From Candidatus Delongbacteria bacterium (GTDB taxonomy: Bacteria > UBA4055), in NCBI GenBank assembly GCA_016937995.1, contig JAFGVM010000063.1:1-51721 (forward strand): 51,721 nucleotides of DNA. Reading direction: 5' to 3'. A model generated the notes under the pieces. That model had not been told where the DNA came from. It did no database searches and saw nothing but the letters and a program-made list of their open reading frames with translations. Position numbers and translations under genes: made by a program. Below, in pieces: positions 1-8,350 of this stretch (the stretch's first letter is position 1; the number at the start of each line of letters is the position of its first letter).

Positions 1-1061
1 TCACAAAGCTCTTCTAATCTGAGTTCATCATTATCTTCCTTGCCGAAAAGAAGCACATCATCACCATTAAAAGCTTCGCCATCCGGTCCGACATCGACCA
101 TCATCTGATCCATGCATACATTCCCGACAACAGGATATCTTTTACCTCTGATGATCACTTCACCTCTGTTGGAAAGGAGTCTGTTATAACCGTCTCCATA
201 GCCTATAGGAAGTGTAACTATCCTTGTCTGCTTATCGCTGGTATAAGTGTGATTATAGCTCACACCTGTTCCTTCTGCAATAACCTTGAAGTATGAAACC
301 TTTGTCAAAAGAGTCATCACCGGTTTAAGCTCTCCTTCGAACCCTTTTGGAAGGTCACTGTATCCGTAAAGCATCAGTCCCGGTCTTACCATATTATAAT
401 GAGAATCTTTGAAATTTATAATTCCCGCTGAATTTGCACAGTGAACGAATTTTGTAGGCAGATGATGCATTGCCATCATATTTAAAATATTATCAAATCT
501 CTTTATCTGTTTCTCAGTGAATTCTTTATCATTATCTGACTTTGCAAAATGAGTGAAAACACCTTCAACAATGATATTCTCTGAGTTATATGTTTCCTCA
601 ATAAATCTCTCTGAATTATACCAGTGAACTCCAAGTCTTTCCATACCTGTGTCTATCTTGATATGAACTTTAGCTTTTTTACCGAGAGATACTGCCGTCT
701 GGCTAATTGCAGTAGTCTTATCCATAGATGAAGTTGTAATATCGATATCATATTTTATAAATTCAGGGATCTGTTCAATATTGATTCCACCCATGACAAG
801 AATAGGGGTATCAATACCGTTCTCTCTGAGAAATATACCTTCCTCTAAGAATGCCACACCAAAATAATCCACACCGAGTTTTATAAGTTGTTTGGCTATA
901 GTAAGCATACCATGACCATAAGCATTTGCTTTAATAATACCCATCACCTTAACATTATCACCGATAAAGGTTTTTACGATCTGATAATTATTCCTCAGAT
1001 TCGCAAGATCGATAATCGCTCTTGTCGGTCTGTTCTGATATGCCTGAATTTGTTTGTTCAT
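1..1061 (-). CDS. alr: Alanine racemase (3' end runs off the window)
   Basis: Not in the ORF track. Manual translation from ATG at 1061 gives MNKQIQAYQNRPTRAIIDLANLRNNY...MGIIKANAYGHG (PLP-lysine motif), VHIKIDTGMERLG, VEGVFTHFAKSD, HCANSAG, MVRPGLMLYG, PIGYGDG, VVGNVCMDQMMVD. Confidence 0.95.
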   Translation of the reverse strand, partial: MNKQIQAYQNRPTRAIIDLANLRNNYQIVKTFIGDNVKVMGIIKANAYGHGMLTIAKQLIKLGVDYFGVAFLEEGIFLRENGIDTPILVMGGINIEQIPEFIKYDIDITTSSMDKTTAISQTAVSLGKKAKVHIKIDTGMERLGVHWYNSERFIEETYNSENIIVEGVFTHFAKSDNDKEFTEKQIKRFDNILNMMAMHHLPTKFVHCANSAGIINFKDSHYNMVRPGLMLYGYSDLPKGFEGELKPVMTLLTKVSYFKVIAEGTGVSYNHTYTSDKQTRIVTLPIGYGDGYNRLLSNRGEVIIRGKRYPVVGNVCMDQMMVDVGPDGEAFNGDDVLLFGKEDNDELRLEELC

Positions 1062-1089
1062 TGTGTTTGTCCTATTTTAAATCCCTTCC

Positions 1090-1115
1090 GGACGAACACA
1101 TGGGTTCGTCCCTAC
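1090..1115 (-). repeat. GTAG-type REP-like hairpin
   Basis: Minus strand reads GTAG-GGACGAAC-ccatgt-GTTCGTCC: a perfect 8-bp stem preceded by the GTAG tetranucleotide; intergenic. Confidence 0.7.
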
Positions 1116-1116
1116 A

Positions 1117-1147
1117 ACTTATCACTTATAACTTACCACTTATCACT
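1117..1147. repeat. Degenerate heptamer tandem repeat (ACTTATC)x~4.4
   Basis: acttatc acttata acttacc acttatc act, just downstream of the mnmE stop. Confidence 0.8.
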
Positions 1148-1151
1148 ATCT

Positions 1152-2462
1152 TTATTTCCCTATGCAAAAACTCCCGAAGATATTATTAATGATATCCATA
1201 CTCGTCGTCTCACCTGTGATCTCACCAAGAGTATCAAGAGCCTGTCTCATATCAACTATTACCACCTCATTATTCTGTCCCTGCTGAATAGACATCTTCG
1301 CCTGTTCAAGCTGAGAAACAGTCTCTTTTAAGATATTCAGATGGCGCACATTCGAAATATAATACGGTCTATATGTTAGTTCTTCGTCGATAACATTTTT
1401 CACTATTTTGTGTTTTAACTCTTCAATTCCTGATCCTGTTTTACAGCTGATCTTCACTGAATTTTCATCAATTATAACATCCTCTAGGTCGGTTTTATTA
1501 TAAACTTTTATTACGTTCCCAGCGTATTCATCCTCTGATGGATCGGTAGAATCGATCACATGTAGAACAATATCAGCTTCTTCGATTATCCTCCGAGACC
1601 TGCTGATACCTTCATTTTCAATGATATCCTCTGTCTCTCTGATACCTGCTGTGTCAAATATCCTTAAAAGATAACCGTTCACTTCTATCTTTTCTTCAAT
1701 AACATCTCTCGTGGTTCCTGCAATATCAGTTACGATAACCCTATCAGATTTCAAAAATGCGTTCATCAGAGAAGATTTACCCACATTAACATCACCGACT
1801 AAAGCAACTTTGATCCCATCCCTGAAAATTCTACCTTTCTGATATCCCTGAATAAATTTATTTATAACTTCAACAGCAATATCTATCTTACCTGTAATCT
1901 CATCGTTAGGAGTAAAATCAAGATCTTCATCTGCAAAATCAAGCTCAAGTTCCAAGATTGACATAAGCTCTATCAGCATTGCATTTATTTTCTTCAATTC
2001 CTCCGACAGTCCGCCTTTAAGCTGCTCTGTTGATGAAATATATGCAGCATCACTTTCAGAGTTTATCAGATCGATCACAGCCTCAGCCTGAACAAGATCC
2101 ATTTTTCCGTTCATGAACCGTTTCTCTGTAAATTCTCCAGGTTTAGCTTCTCTGATATTCTTTTCCAGGTATAAAGCTTCAAGTATCTTTCTGACAATTA
2201 TCGGAGATCCATGACAGAATATCTCTGCTGATTCCTCTCCTGTATAGGAATGTCCTTCTTTGAAAAAAGCAACTGTAACCTGATCAATAAACTCTCCTTC
2301 ATTAAGAAAGTCTGTCAGATAAAGTTTGTTGTATACTATCTCATGCAATTTTTCTTCAATGGACAAATATTCTTTCACTGTTTTTATTGTATCATTACCG
2401 GAAAGTCTTATTACGGAAATACCTGCTTTTCCCGGAGCTGATGCCAAAGCTGCTATGATCAT
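1152..2462 (-). CDS. mnmE: tRNA modification GTPase MnmE/TrmE
   Basis: SYTGE, PGEFT..RFMNGKMDLVQAEAV, G1 GDVNVGKS, G2 IAGTTRD, G3 DTAG, G4 NKTD, C-terminal FCIGK. Confidence 0.97.
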   Translation of the reverse strand: MIIAALASAPGKAGISVIRLSGNDTIKTVKEYLSIEEKLHEIVYNKLYLTDFLNEGEFIDQVTVAFFKEGHSYTGEESAEIFCHGSPIIVRKILEALYLEKNIREAKPGEFTEKRFMNGKMDLVQAEAVIDLINSESDAAYISSTEQLKGGLSEELKKINAMLIELMSILELELDFADEDLDFTPNDEITGKIDIAVEVINKFIQGYQKGRIFRDGIKVALVGDVNVGKSSLMNAFLKSDRVIVTDIAGTTRDVIEEKIEVNGYLLRIFDTAGIRETEDIIENEGISRSRRIIEEADIVLHVIDSTDPSEDEYAGNVIKVYNKTDLEDVIIDENSVKISCKTGSGIEELKHKIVKNVIDEELTYRPYYISNVRHLNILKETVSQLEQAKMSIQQGQNNEVVIVDMRQALDTLGEITGETTSMDIINNIFGSFCIGK

Positions 2463-2603
2463 AATTACCTGCTATTTATATATCGCATTTTGAGATAATA
2501 TAAGATATTAACATTGTTCTTACAATTGTAATATTATTTTTGCATTAATTTGTATATGTCATTGGGAAGGTAATTGACCTGTGGCAATCTATATTAGTGT
2601 TTT

Positions 2604-2627
2604 GGATTCAAGATATTGAATCCTTAC
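2604..2627 (-). repeat. REP-like hairpin (GTAA-prefixed variant)
   Basis: Minus strand GTAA-GGATTCAA-tatc-TTGAATCC, perfect 8-bp stem; intergenic between hypD and mnmE. Confidence 0.5.
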
Positions 2628-2640
2628 GAACTTGATAATT

Positions 2641-2673
2641 GGACATTCCTACCTGTCCCGATTTATCGGGATG
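2641..2673. repeat. Overlapping palindromes just downstream of the hypD stop (possible terminator or REP-like element)
   Basis: GGACA...TGTCC (2641-2658) overlaps TCCCGAT-tt-ATCGGGA (2656-2671). No clear U-tract. Confidence 0.5.
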
Positions 2674-2680
2674 TTGGATA

Positions 2681-5047
2681 TTACAATGCAACGCATTGCT
2701 CTGTTCGTTCAATGATCTCATCCTGTAGATCCTTTCCAAGATTATTAAAATAGTCACTATATCCAGCAACTCTAACGATTAGATCACCGTAATTCTGAGG
2801 ATGAAGCTGAGCATCTCTTAACGTATCTGCATTCACAACATTGAACTGCAGATGATGTCCGTTCATATTAAAATAAGTTCGCACTATATCTTTAATAGCA
2901 GTAATGCCTTTTGGATCGTTGAATATCTCAGGTGTGAATTTCTGATTCAGAAGAGTACCTCCTGTCTTCAAATGATCCATTTTTGAAGCTGATTTCAATA
3001 CTGCCGTAGGACCTTTCACATCAGCTCCCTGTACGGGTGAAATACCTTCAGAAAGTGGCTTGCCTGCTTTTCTACCATCTGCAGTAGCACCGATCACAGA
3101 ACCGAAATATACATGACTGGTCGTAGGCAGCATATTTATCCTGTATTTACCTCCAATAGCATTAGGTCTTCCGTTCACCGAATCATGAAAAGTATTGAAT
3201 ACTTCCTGCATCAGTGAGTCAGGATAATCATCATCATTACCATATTTCCGGGTTTTATTTTTTACGATACTATGAAGAATTTCATATCCGTCAAAATTAT
3301 CATCAATAGCTCTGATCATGGATTGCATAGTGAATCTTTGATCATCAAAAACATGCTGCTTTATACTGGAAAGACTGTCTGTAATAGTTCCTGTACCAAC
3401 TCCCTGAATGTAAGATGAATTATACCTTGCTCCTCCTGCATTGTAATCTTTACCTGTAGAGATACAATCATCTATAATGACTGACAGAAATGGAGCAGGC
3501 ATTGTTTCTGCGTAAAGTTCTGCGATTTTGTTACTTCCTTCGATCTTGATATCTATGAAATATTTTAACTGTTCTTTGAAAGCTGTCATCAGCTCTTCGA
3601 ATGAACCGAAGAACATAGCATCACCGGTACCTATTCCGATCAGCTTCTGAGTATAATTATCGTATCCGTTATGCAAAGTAAGATCAAGTATCTTTGTAAG
3701 ATTGAAATAACCATGAAGAATATATGCTTCCTTTCCGAATGCTCCGGTCTCAACACAGCCGCTTGTACCACCGTCTCTGGCATCTTCGATAGATTTACCC
3801 ATGTTGAGCATTTCCTGTATCACTGCATCCGCATTAAATATTGAAGGCTGTCCTGCACCTTTCTTGAGGATATGTAAAGCTCTCTCAATGAATTTGTCAG
3901 GATTTTTCTCACTGAGCTGAATATTTGAACTTGGTTGAAGTAATCTCATCTCATCTATACAATCAAGTACCATATAAGACATATCATTCACAGCATCAGA
4001 ACCGTCAGTTTTTAAACCACCTGAATTGATATTTGCAAAATCGGTATATGTTGCACTTTCCAGTAGAGTAAATCCTACCTTGGGAGGTGCAGGCTGATTA
4101 TTGAATTTTATCCAGAAGAGATTAAGGAGTTCGTAGGCAGATTCTTTTGTCAGACTTCCGTCCTTTAATCCTTCCTCGTAGAACGGTTGCAGATGCTGAT
4201 CCAGTCTTCCAGGATTAAAAGCATCCCAGGTGTTCAGCTCTGTTGTTACACCAAGATGAATGAACCAGTAAGCCTGTAAAGCTTCATGGAAATTTCTTGG
4301 AGCATTTGCAGGAACATGCTTACATACTTCAGCTATATTTTCAAGTTCTATTTTTCTCTGAGGATCATTCTCTGTCGAGGCTAATTCCATAGCTTTTTCT
4401 GAATGACGTTCTGCAAATCTGATAATTGCATCACAAGTGATATACATAGCTTTAAGCTGCTCTATTCTATCTAACTTATCAGGATCACTACCGGCCTGGA
4501 ATTTTTCTATAGAATATTTTATCTCTGATTTGAACTGATTGAAACCCTTTATGAAAATTTTCTTATCAGCTACAGTGTGACCGGGTGCTCTCTGTTCCAT
4601 AAATTCAGTAAAAACTCCTGCTTGGTAAGCATCCATCCACTCTTCAGACATACTTTCTAATATCCGATGTCGGATAGATCTCTTTTCCCAGTATGGCTTT
4701 ATTTTTTTATTATGGATCTTATAAGCGTTTTTATCAACTTTAAAACTGATCTTTTCCCTGTGATTCATTACATCAAAATCTTTCTTCGTATGACAACAGA
4801 GTTCAGGAAATGTTGGTGCTCCGGCCGGGCTGTCACCTTTTTCGCCTACTATGAGTTCACCATCATTGATGCAGACAGGTTTTTTCTCTAAAATATCTTT
4901 AAAAGTTAATGCTCTTAAAACAGGAGTTGAAACTTTCCCTTCGTTCTTAATATACGTATCAGTTACGATCTCGCCCCGACCGATCCAAATATGCGGTATA
5001 GCTTCTAAACTTTGTTTTCTTAATTTTTCAACTCTTTCCGTAAGCAA
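2681..5047 (-). CDS. hypD: Glycyl radical enzyme, trans-4-hydroxy-L-proline dehydratase type
   Basis: Gly-radical loop IVRVAGYS; Cys loop GGTSGCVE; HypD-like motifs TFPELCCH, EQRAPGHTV, WDAFNPGRLDQ, ESATYTDFANIN, MLPTTSHVYFG. Start moved to TTG at 5047 after a GGAGGA RBS (788 aa). Confidence 0.85.
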   Translation of the reverse strand: MLTERVEKLRKQSLEAIPHIWIGRGEIVTDTYIKNEGKVSTPVLRALTFKDILEKKPVCINDGELIVGEKGDSPAGAPTFPELCCHTKKDFDVMNHREKISFKVDKNAYKIHNKKIKPYWEKRSIRHRILESMSEEWMDAYQAGVFTEFMEQRAPGHTVADKKIFIKGFNQFKSEIKYSIEKFQAGSDPDKLDRIEQLKAMYITCDAIIRFAERHSEKAMELASTENDPQRKIELENIAEVCKHVPANAPRNFHEALQAYWFIHLGVTTELNTWDAFNPGRLDQHLQPFYEEGLKDGSLTKESAYELLNLFWIKFNNQPAPPKVGFTLLESATYTDFANINSGGLKTDGSDAVNDMSYMVLDCIDEMRLLQPSSNIQLSEKNPDKFIERALHILKKGAGQPSIFNADAVIQEMLNMGKSIEDARDGGTSGCVETGAFGKEAYILHGYFNLTKILDLTLHNGYDNYTQKLIGIGTGDAMFFGSFEELMTAFKEQLKYFIDIKIEGSNKIAELYAETMPAPFLSVIIDDCISTGKDYNAGGARYNSSYIQGVGTGTITDSLSSIKQHVFDDQRFTMQSMIRAIDDNFDGYEILHSIVKNKTRKYGNDDDYPDSLMQEVFNTFHDSVNGRPNAIGGKYRINMLPTTSHVYFGSVIGATADGRKAGKPLSEGISPVQGADVKGPTAVLKSASKMDHLKTGGTLLNQKFTPEIFNDPKGITAIKDIVRTYFNMNGHHLQFNVVNADTLRDAQLHPQNYGDLIVRVAGYSDYFNNLGKDLQDEIIERTEQCVAL

Positions 5048-5048
5048 T

Positions 5049-5885
5049 TTATCCTCCAACAACAGTCTTGAATCCTGCTGATACAAAAATGTTCTTTATC
5101 TCATTTATTCTTTCATCACTAAGCTTGATCCTCGTATCCATTTTATGATGTAAACCAAGTTTAATATATTTATTTTTTTCATAACCGTGATATGATAAAA
5201 GATTTATCTGTTCAAAATTAATTCCATTGAGAAATTCTATAATTTCTGAAATATTTTTCTCAGTATCGTTGATACCGGGTATCAGAGGAAACCTTATAAA
5301 GATCCTTGTATTTTTCTCAGAAAGATATTTGAGATTAGCAAGTATACTTTCGTTGCTTGAACTGGTGTGCTTTTTATGAATATCATTATCAATGAATTTC
5401 AGGTCATAAAGATACAGGTCAACAAATTCATTTATTTTTTCAAAACTTTCAATCTTTGCATAACCGCAGGTGTCTATAACGGTATGAATACTATTCTCTT
5501 TGCATTTCTTTAGGATCTCAAGCAGAAATTCACTTTGCATTAATGGTTCACCACCTGAGAAAGTCACTCCCCCGTTCGAAGTTTCGAAATAATCCATGTC
5601 TTTATATATCTCTGTAAAAAGTTCATCTACAGACATGTCCTGACCGATCACTTCAATTGCATTTGCAGGACATTTTTCTGCAGTGGAAATATCTCTGACA
5701 CCTTTGCAGATCAAACATTCCAGACATTTTTCTTTATCAAATGTAACTTGAATACTTTTATCGAAACTTTCAGGATTATGACACCAGATACATCTCAACG
5801 GACATCCTTTAAGGAAGACTGTAGTCCTTATTCCCGGACCGTCATGTAACGAAAATCTCTGTATGTTAAATATTGTGCCTTTCAT
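5049..5885 (-). CDS. Glycyl-radical activating enzyme (radical SAM)
   Basis: HDGPGIRTTVFLKGCPLRCIWCHNPES (CxxxCxxC), GGVTFSGGEP, PLIPGIND. Start moved to ATG at 5885 after an AAGGA RBS; adjacent to the GRE. Confidence 0.95.
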   Translation of the reverse strand: MKGTIFNIQRFSLHDGPGIRTTVFLKGCPLRCIWCHNPESFDKSIQVTFDKEKCLECLICKGVRDISTAEKCPANAIEVIGQDMSVDELFTEIYKDMDYFETSNGGVTFSGGEPLMQSEFLLEILKKCKENSIHTVIDTCGYAKIESFEKINEFVDLYLYDLKFIDNDIHKKHTSSSNESILANLKYLSEKNTRIFIRFPLIPGINDTEKNISEIIEFLNGINFEQINLLSYHGYEKNKYIKLGLHHKMDTRIKLSDERINEIKNIFVSAGFKTVVGG

Positions 5886-5900
5886 ATATCCTTTTTTATT

Positions 5901-5935
5901 GTCATCCTCGGGCTGCTCGCAGAACCGGGGATCCA
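5901..5935 (+). repeat. GTCAT-type palindromic repeat element
   Basis: GTC-ATCCTCGG-gctgctcgcagaa-CCGGGGAT-cca: a GC-rich stem with an inner CTGC/GCAG stem, in an AT-rich intergenic region. Confidence 0.55.
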
Positions 5936-5946
5936 TTTGTTACAAG

Positions 5947-5973
5947 AGGGGTCGAATGGAAATCGACCCCTAC
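5947..5973 (-). repeat. GTAG-type REP-like hairpin
   Basis: Minus strand GT-AGGGGTCGA-tttccat-TCGACCCCT: perfect 9-bp stem, element starts with GTAG. Confidence 0.7.
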
Positions 5974-5999
5974 ATTGTCAATTGTCAATTGTCAATTGT
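5974..5999. repeat. Heptamer tandem repeat (ATTGTCA)x~3.7 overlapping the aminotransferase stop
   Basis: attgtca attgtca attgtca attgt; on the minus strand it encodes T-I-D-N-stop. Confidence 0.85.
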
Positions 6000-7097
6000 A
6001 AATTCTTTTATCCGCTTCCCCGCCTCAACAATCTCTTCCTCATATCTGGCTATATTGAATCTTACATATTTCTTCCCATTATCCGAGAAATGAATTCCCG
6101 GAACTGTTGCAACTTTCTTCTTCTCGTAAAGGTCCATAGAGAACTTTAATCCGTCATCATATTTCTCCGGTAACTTTGCCCATATAAAATATCCACCGTC
6201 GATATTTGTAAAAGTAAAACCACAATCAATTAATATATCACTCAGAAGAAGAAAAGAAGTCTTTATCTTTTTTCTTAGATCTGACACATATACTTTTCCG
6301 AAATCATATTTTTCTAAATATAAAGCAATCGCTTCCTGCAAAACAGACGGAGCACATAATCCTGTATAATCATGGATCAGCCTTATCTTTTCCATATGTT
6401 CTTTTGAACAGATAAAATATCCTACTCTCCAACCTGTGATCGAAAGTAGCTTTGAAAAACTGTTAACATAAAAGAAATTCTCACTTTGAAAAGTAGGCAT
6501 AAATGGCGATTCTGAGAAATAAAGTTCACTGTAAACCGAATCAGCTATAACAAATACTCCATACTTCTCAGCAATTTCTTTCAATTTTAAAATTTCTACT
6601 TCTGACCAGATCGTTCCTAAAGGATTTCCCGGTGAATTAAAGAAAATCACGCCTACATTCTCTTCTTCTATGAATTTTTCTAATTTATCAAAATTAATTG
6701 ATCCATCCTCACACATTGGAAACACTTTGAATTCCCTTTCAAATATCCCTGGAAGTCTACTGTAGCTTTCATACACTGGATCGAAACCCATAGCTGTTTT
6801 TCCTTTATCTATAATTCCGTTGAGGTATGTAAAAATAAGTGAGACAGCTTCAGTTGCACCGTTCACTACCATTATATTGTCTTCAGTGAAACCACTATAT
6901 TTTTGCTTTAACAAGTTAATAAGTTTATGGTTACCGTTTCCAGGAGCATATTGATGAAGATTCTCTGTTGCAATATCTCTGAGTATATCTAAAAGTTCTT
7001 TAGGTGGTGGAAAACCTGGAATTCCCTGGGCTAAATTTATACCACCGTATTTTTTCACTTTGTTACTCATCAAGCTTATATATGATATTTTTTCCAT
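5985..7097 (-). CDS. PLP-dependent class I/II aminotransferase (YbdL/AspC-like)
   Basis: INLAQGIP, QYAPGNG, NSPGNPLG, DSVY, SFSKLLSITGWRVGY (PLP lysine), YVRFN. Confidence 0.9.
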   Translation of the reverse strand: MEKISYISLMSNKVKKYGGINLAQGIPGFPPPKELLDILRDIATENLHQYAPGNGNHKLINLLKQKYSGFTEDNIMVVNGATEAVSLIFTYLNGIIDKGKTAMGFDPVYESYSRLPGIFEREFKVFPMCEDGSINFDKLEKFIEEENVGVIFFNSPGNPLGTIWSEVEILKLKEIAEKYGVFVIADSVYSELYFSESPFMPTFQSENFFYVNSFSKLLSITGWRVGYFICSKEHMEKIRLIHDYTGLCAPSVLQEAIALYLEKYDFGKVYVSDLRKKIKTSFLLLSDILIDCGFTFTNIDGGYFIWAKLPEKYDDGLKFSMDLYEKKKVATVPGIHFSDNGKKYVRFNIARYEEEIVEAGKRIKEFTIDN

Positions 7098-7267
7098 TTA
7101 TAGTTTCCCCTTTGTTGTTGATACCCTCTAAATTAATGATTTAAACTGCATTATCCAAGTAATTACTTGTTCTTTAACAATGCTTTTTTTAACTTTACTA
7201 TTAGATAATAATAAATTATATTCTTTACCTTGTAAAACTAAAGTTAAATACAGCAGTATAACCTTGC

Positions 7268-8350
7268 ATGAATATATTTAAGAACATATTCGGTCAAAAA
7301 ACGATAACTGAGAATTTTTCATCCGCGATCATGAACAGTAAACTTCATCATGCTTATTTATTCTCAGGACCGGCAGGAGTAGGTAAAGAAGCAGTTGTCA
7401 TGGAAATAATTAAAATAATGAATTGTTTGGACAATACTGATAAAAGTGCTTGCGGAGTTTGCTCGTCATGTAGTGAGTTCGGGGAATTAAGGTCAGATGA
7501 TCTGATGTATATCTTTCCCAAATCAATTAAAAAGAGCGACAGTGAAAAGACCGTTAGAGAAATGAACAAAATGATCTCTGACAATTTAAAACTCAAAGGA
7601 TTAAAGAACGGTTATTTTAAGCTTCCATTCAAACTCGGCAGATTCATTACTTTGGATCAGATAAATGAGATAAAGTATTTTTCTCAATTCAATTCACTTT
7701 CAAAATACAGTAAATTTGTTGTCATCTCAAATGCTGATAAAATGAACAAAGAGGCTCAGAACGCCTTATTGAAAATACTGGAAGAACCTCCCAAAAATAT
7801 GTACTTTTTTTTAATCACAGAAAACCCTGCTGTTATTCTGGATACGATCATATCCAGATGTCAAAACATATCATTCCCTTTACTGAATGAGAAAGACATT
7901 CTGAATTACAGCAAAAAATTCTTTCCGGATATCGATGAAGAAACCTCAAAGGAACTGGCTTCATTATCTCTGGGCTCGATCGATAAATTCAATATGCTAC
8001 TCACAGAACAGGGAAACAATCTGATAAATTATCAAAGTGAGATCGTAAGATTGTTTTTAACAACTACTCCACCTGAGACTTTACAATTGATAGATACATT
8101 CATTGAAGATGCAAAGTCAATGTCTGATGATGATATAGATTTTGTAATATACGGTGCAGTTGAAAAATTAATTATTGATTCATTTAAAGCTGACAAGGAA
8201 ACTTCGTCAGAATATATCAGCAATATAATTACTCATTTTCAAAGATTCAATTACATGTACAGAAGGAACATCAATCCAAAACTATTGATGATAAATTTAT
8301 ATTTTAACTACAGGGAAGAAATAAAGAAATGGAAAACAAATCTGAAATAG
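7268..8350 (+). CDS. holB: DNA polymerase III delta' subunit
   Basis: HAYLFSGPAGVGK, CGVCSSC zinc module, AQNALLKILEEPP, TIISRC; upstream of a PSP1 gene as in the usual holB-yaaT synteny. Confidence 0.88.
   Translation: MNIFKNIFGQKTITENFSSAIMNSKLHHAYLFSGPAGVGKEAVVMEIIKIMNCLDNTDKSACGVCSSCSEFGELRSDDLMYIFPKSIKKSDSEKTVREMNKMISDNLKLKGLKNGYFKLPFKLGRFITLDQINEIKYFSQFNSLSKYSKFVVISNADKMNKEAQNALLKILEEPPKNMYFFLITENPAVILDTIISRCQNISFPLLNEKDILNYSKKFFPDIDEETSKELASLSLGSIDKFNMLLTEQGNNLINYQSEIVRLFLTTTPPETLQLIDTFIEDAKSMSDDDIDFVIYGAVEKLIIDSFKADKETSSEYISNIITHFQRFNYMYRRNINPKLLMINLYFNYREEIKKWKTNLK

Noticed and set aside
888-1331. 147-aa plus-strand ORF and the other short antisense or overlapping ORFs in the track
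   Set aside because: They lie opposite or inside well-supported genes (alr, mnmE, ftsH, accD, etc.) and have no recognisable motifs; treated as shadow ORFs.
2463-2680. Replication origin near mnmE
   Set aside because: No DnaA-box cluster and no dnaA/rpmH/yidC. The exact TTATCCACA matches noticed (~39965, ~40592) are inside a coding region.
2681-5047. Pyruvate formate-lyase or choline TMA-lyase
   Set aside because: Single-Cys SGCVE loop rather than the PFL Cys-Cys pair; the surrounding motifs fit HypD; no microcompartment genes.
5886-5936. N-terminal extension of the activase (MDPRFCEQPEDD...)
   Set aside because: It is the translation of the palindromic repeat; a better start with RBS lies at 5885.
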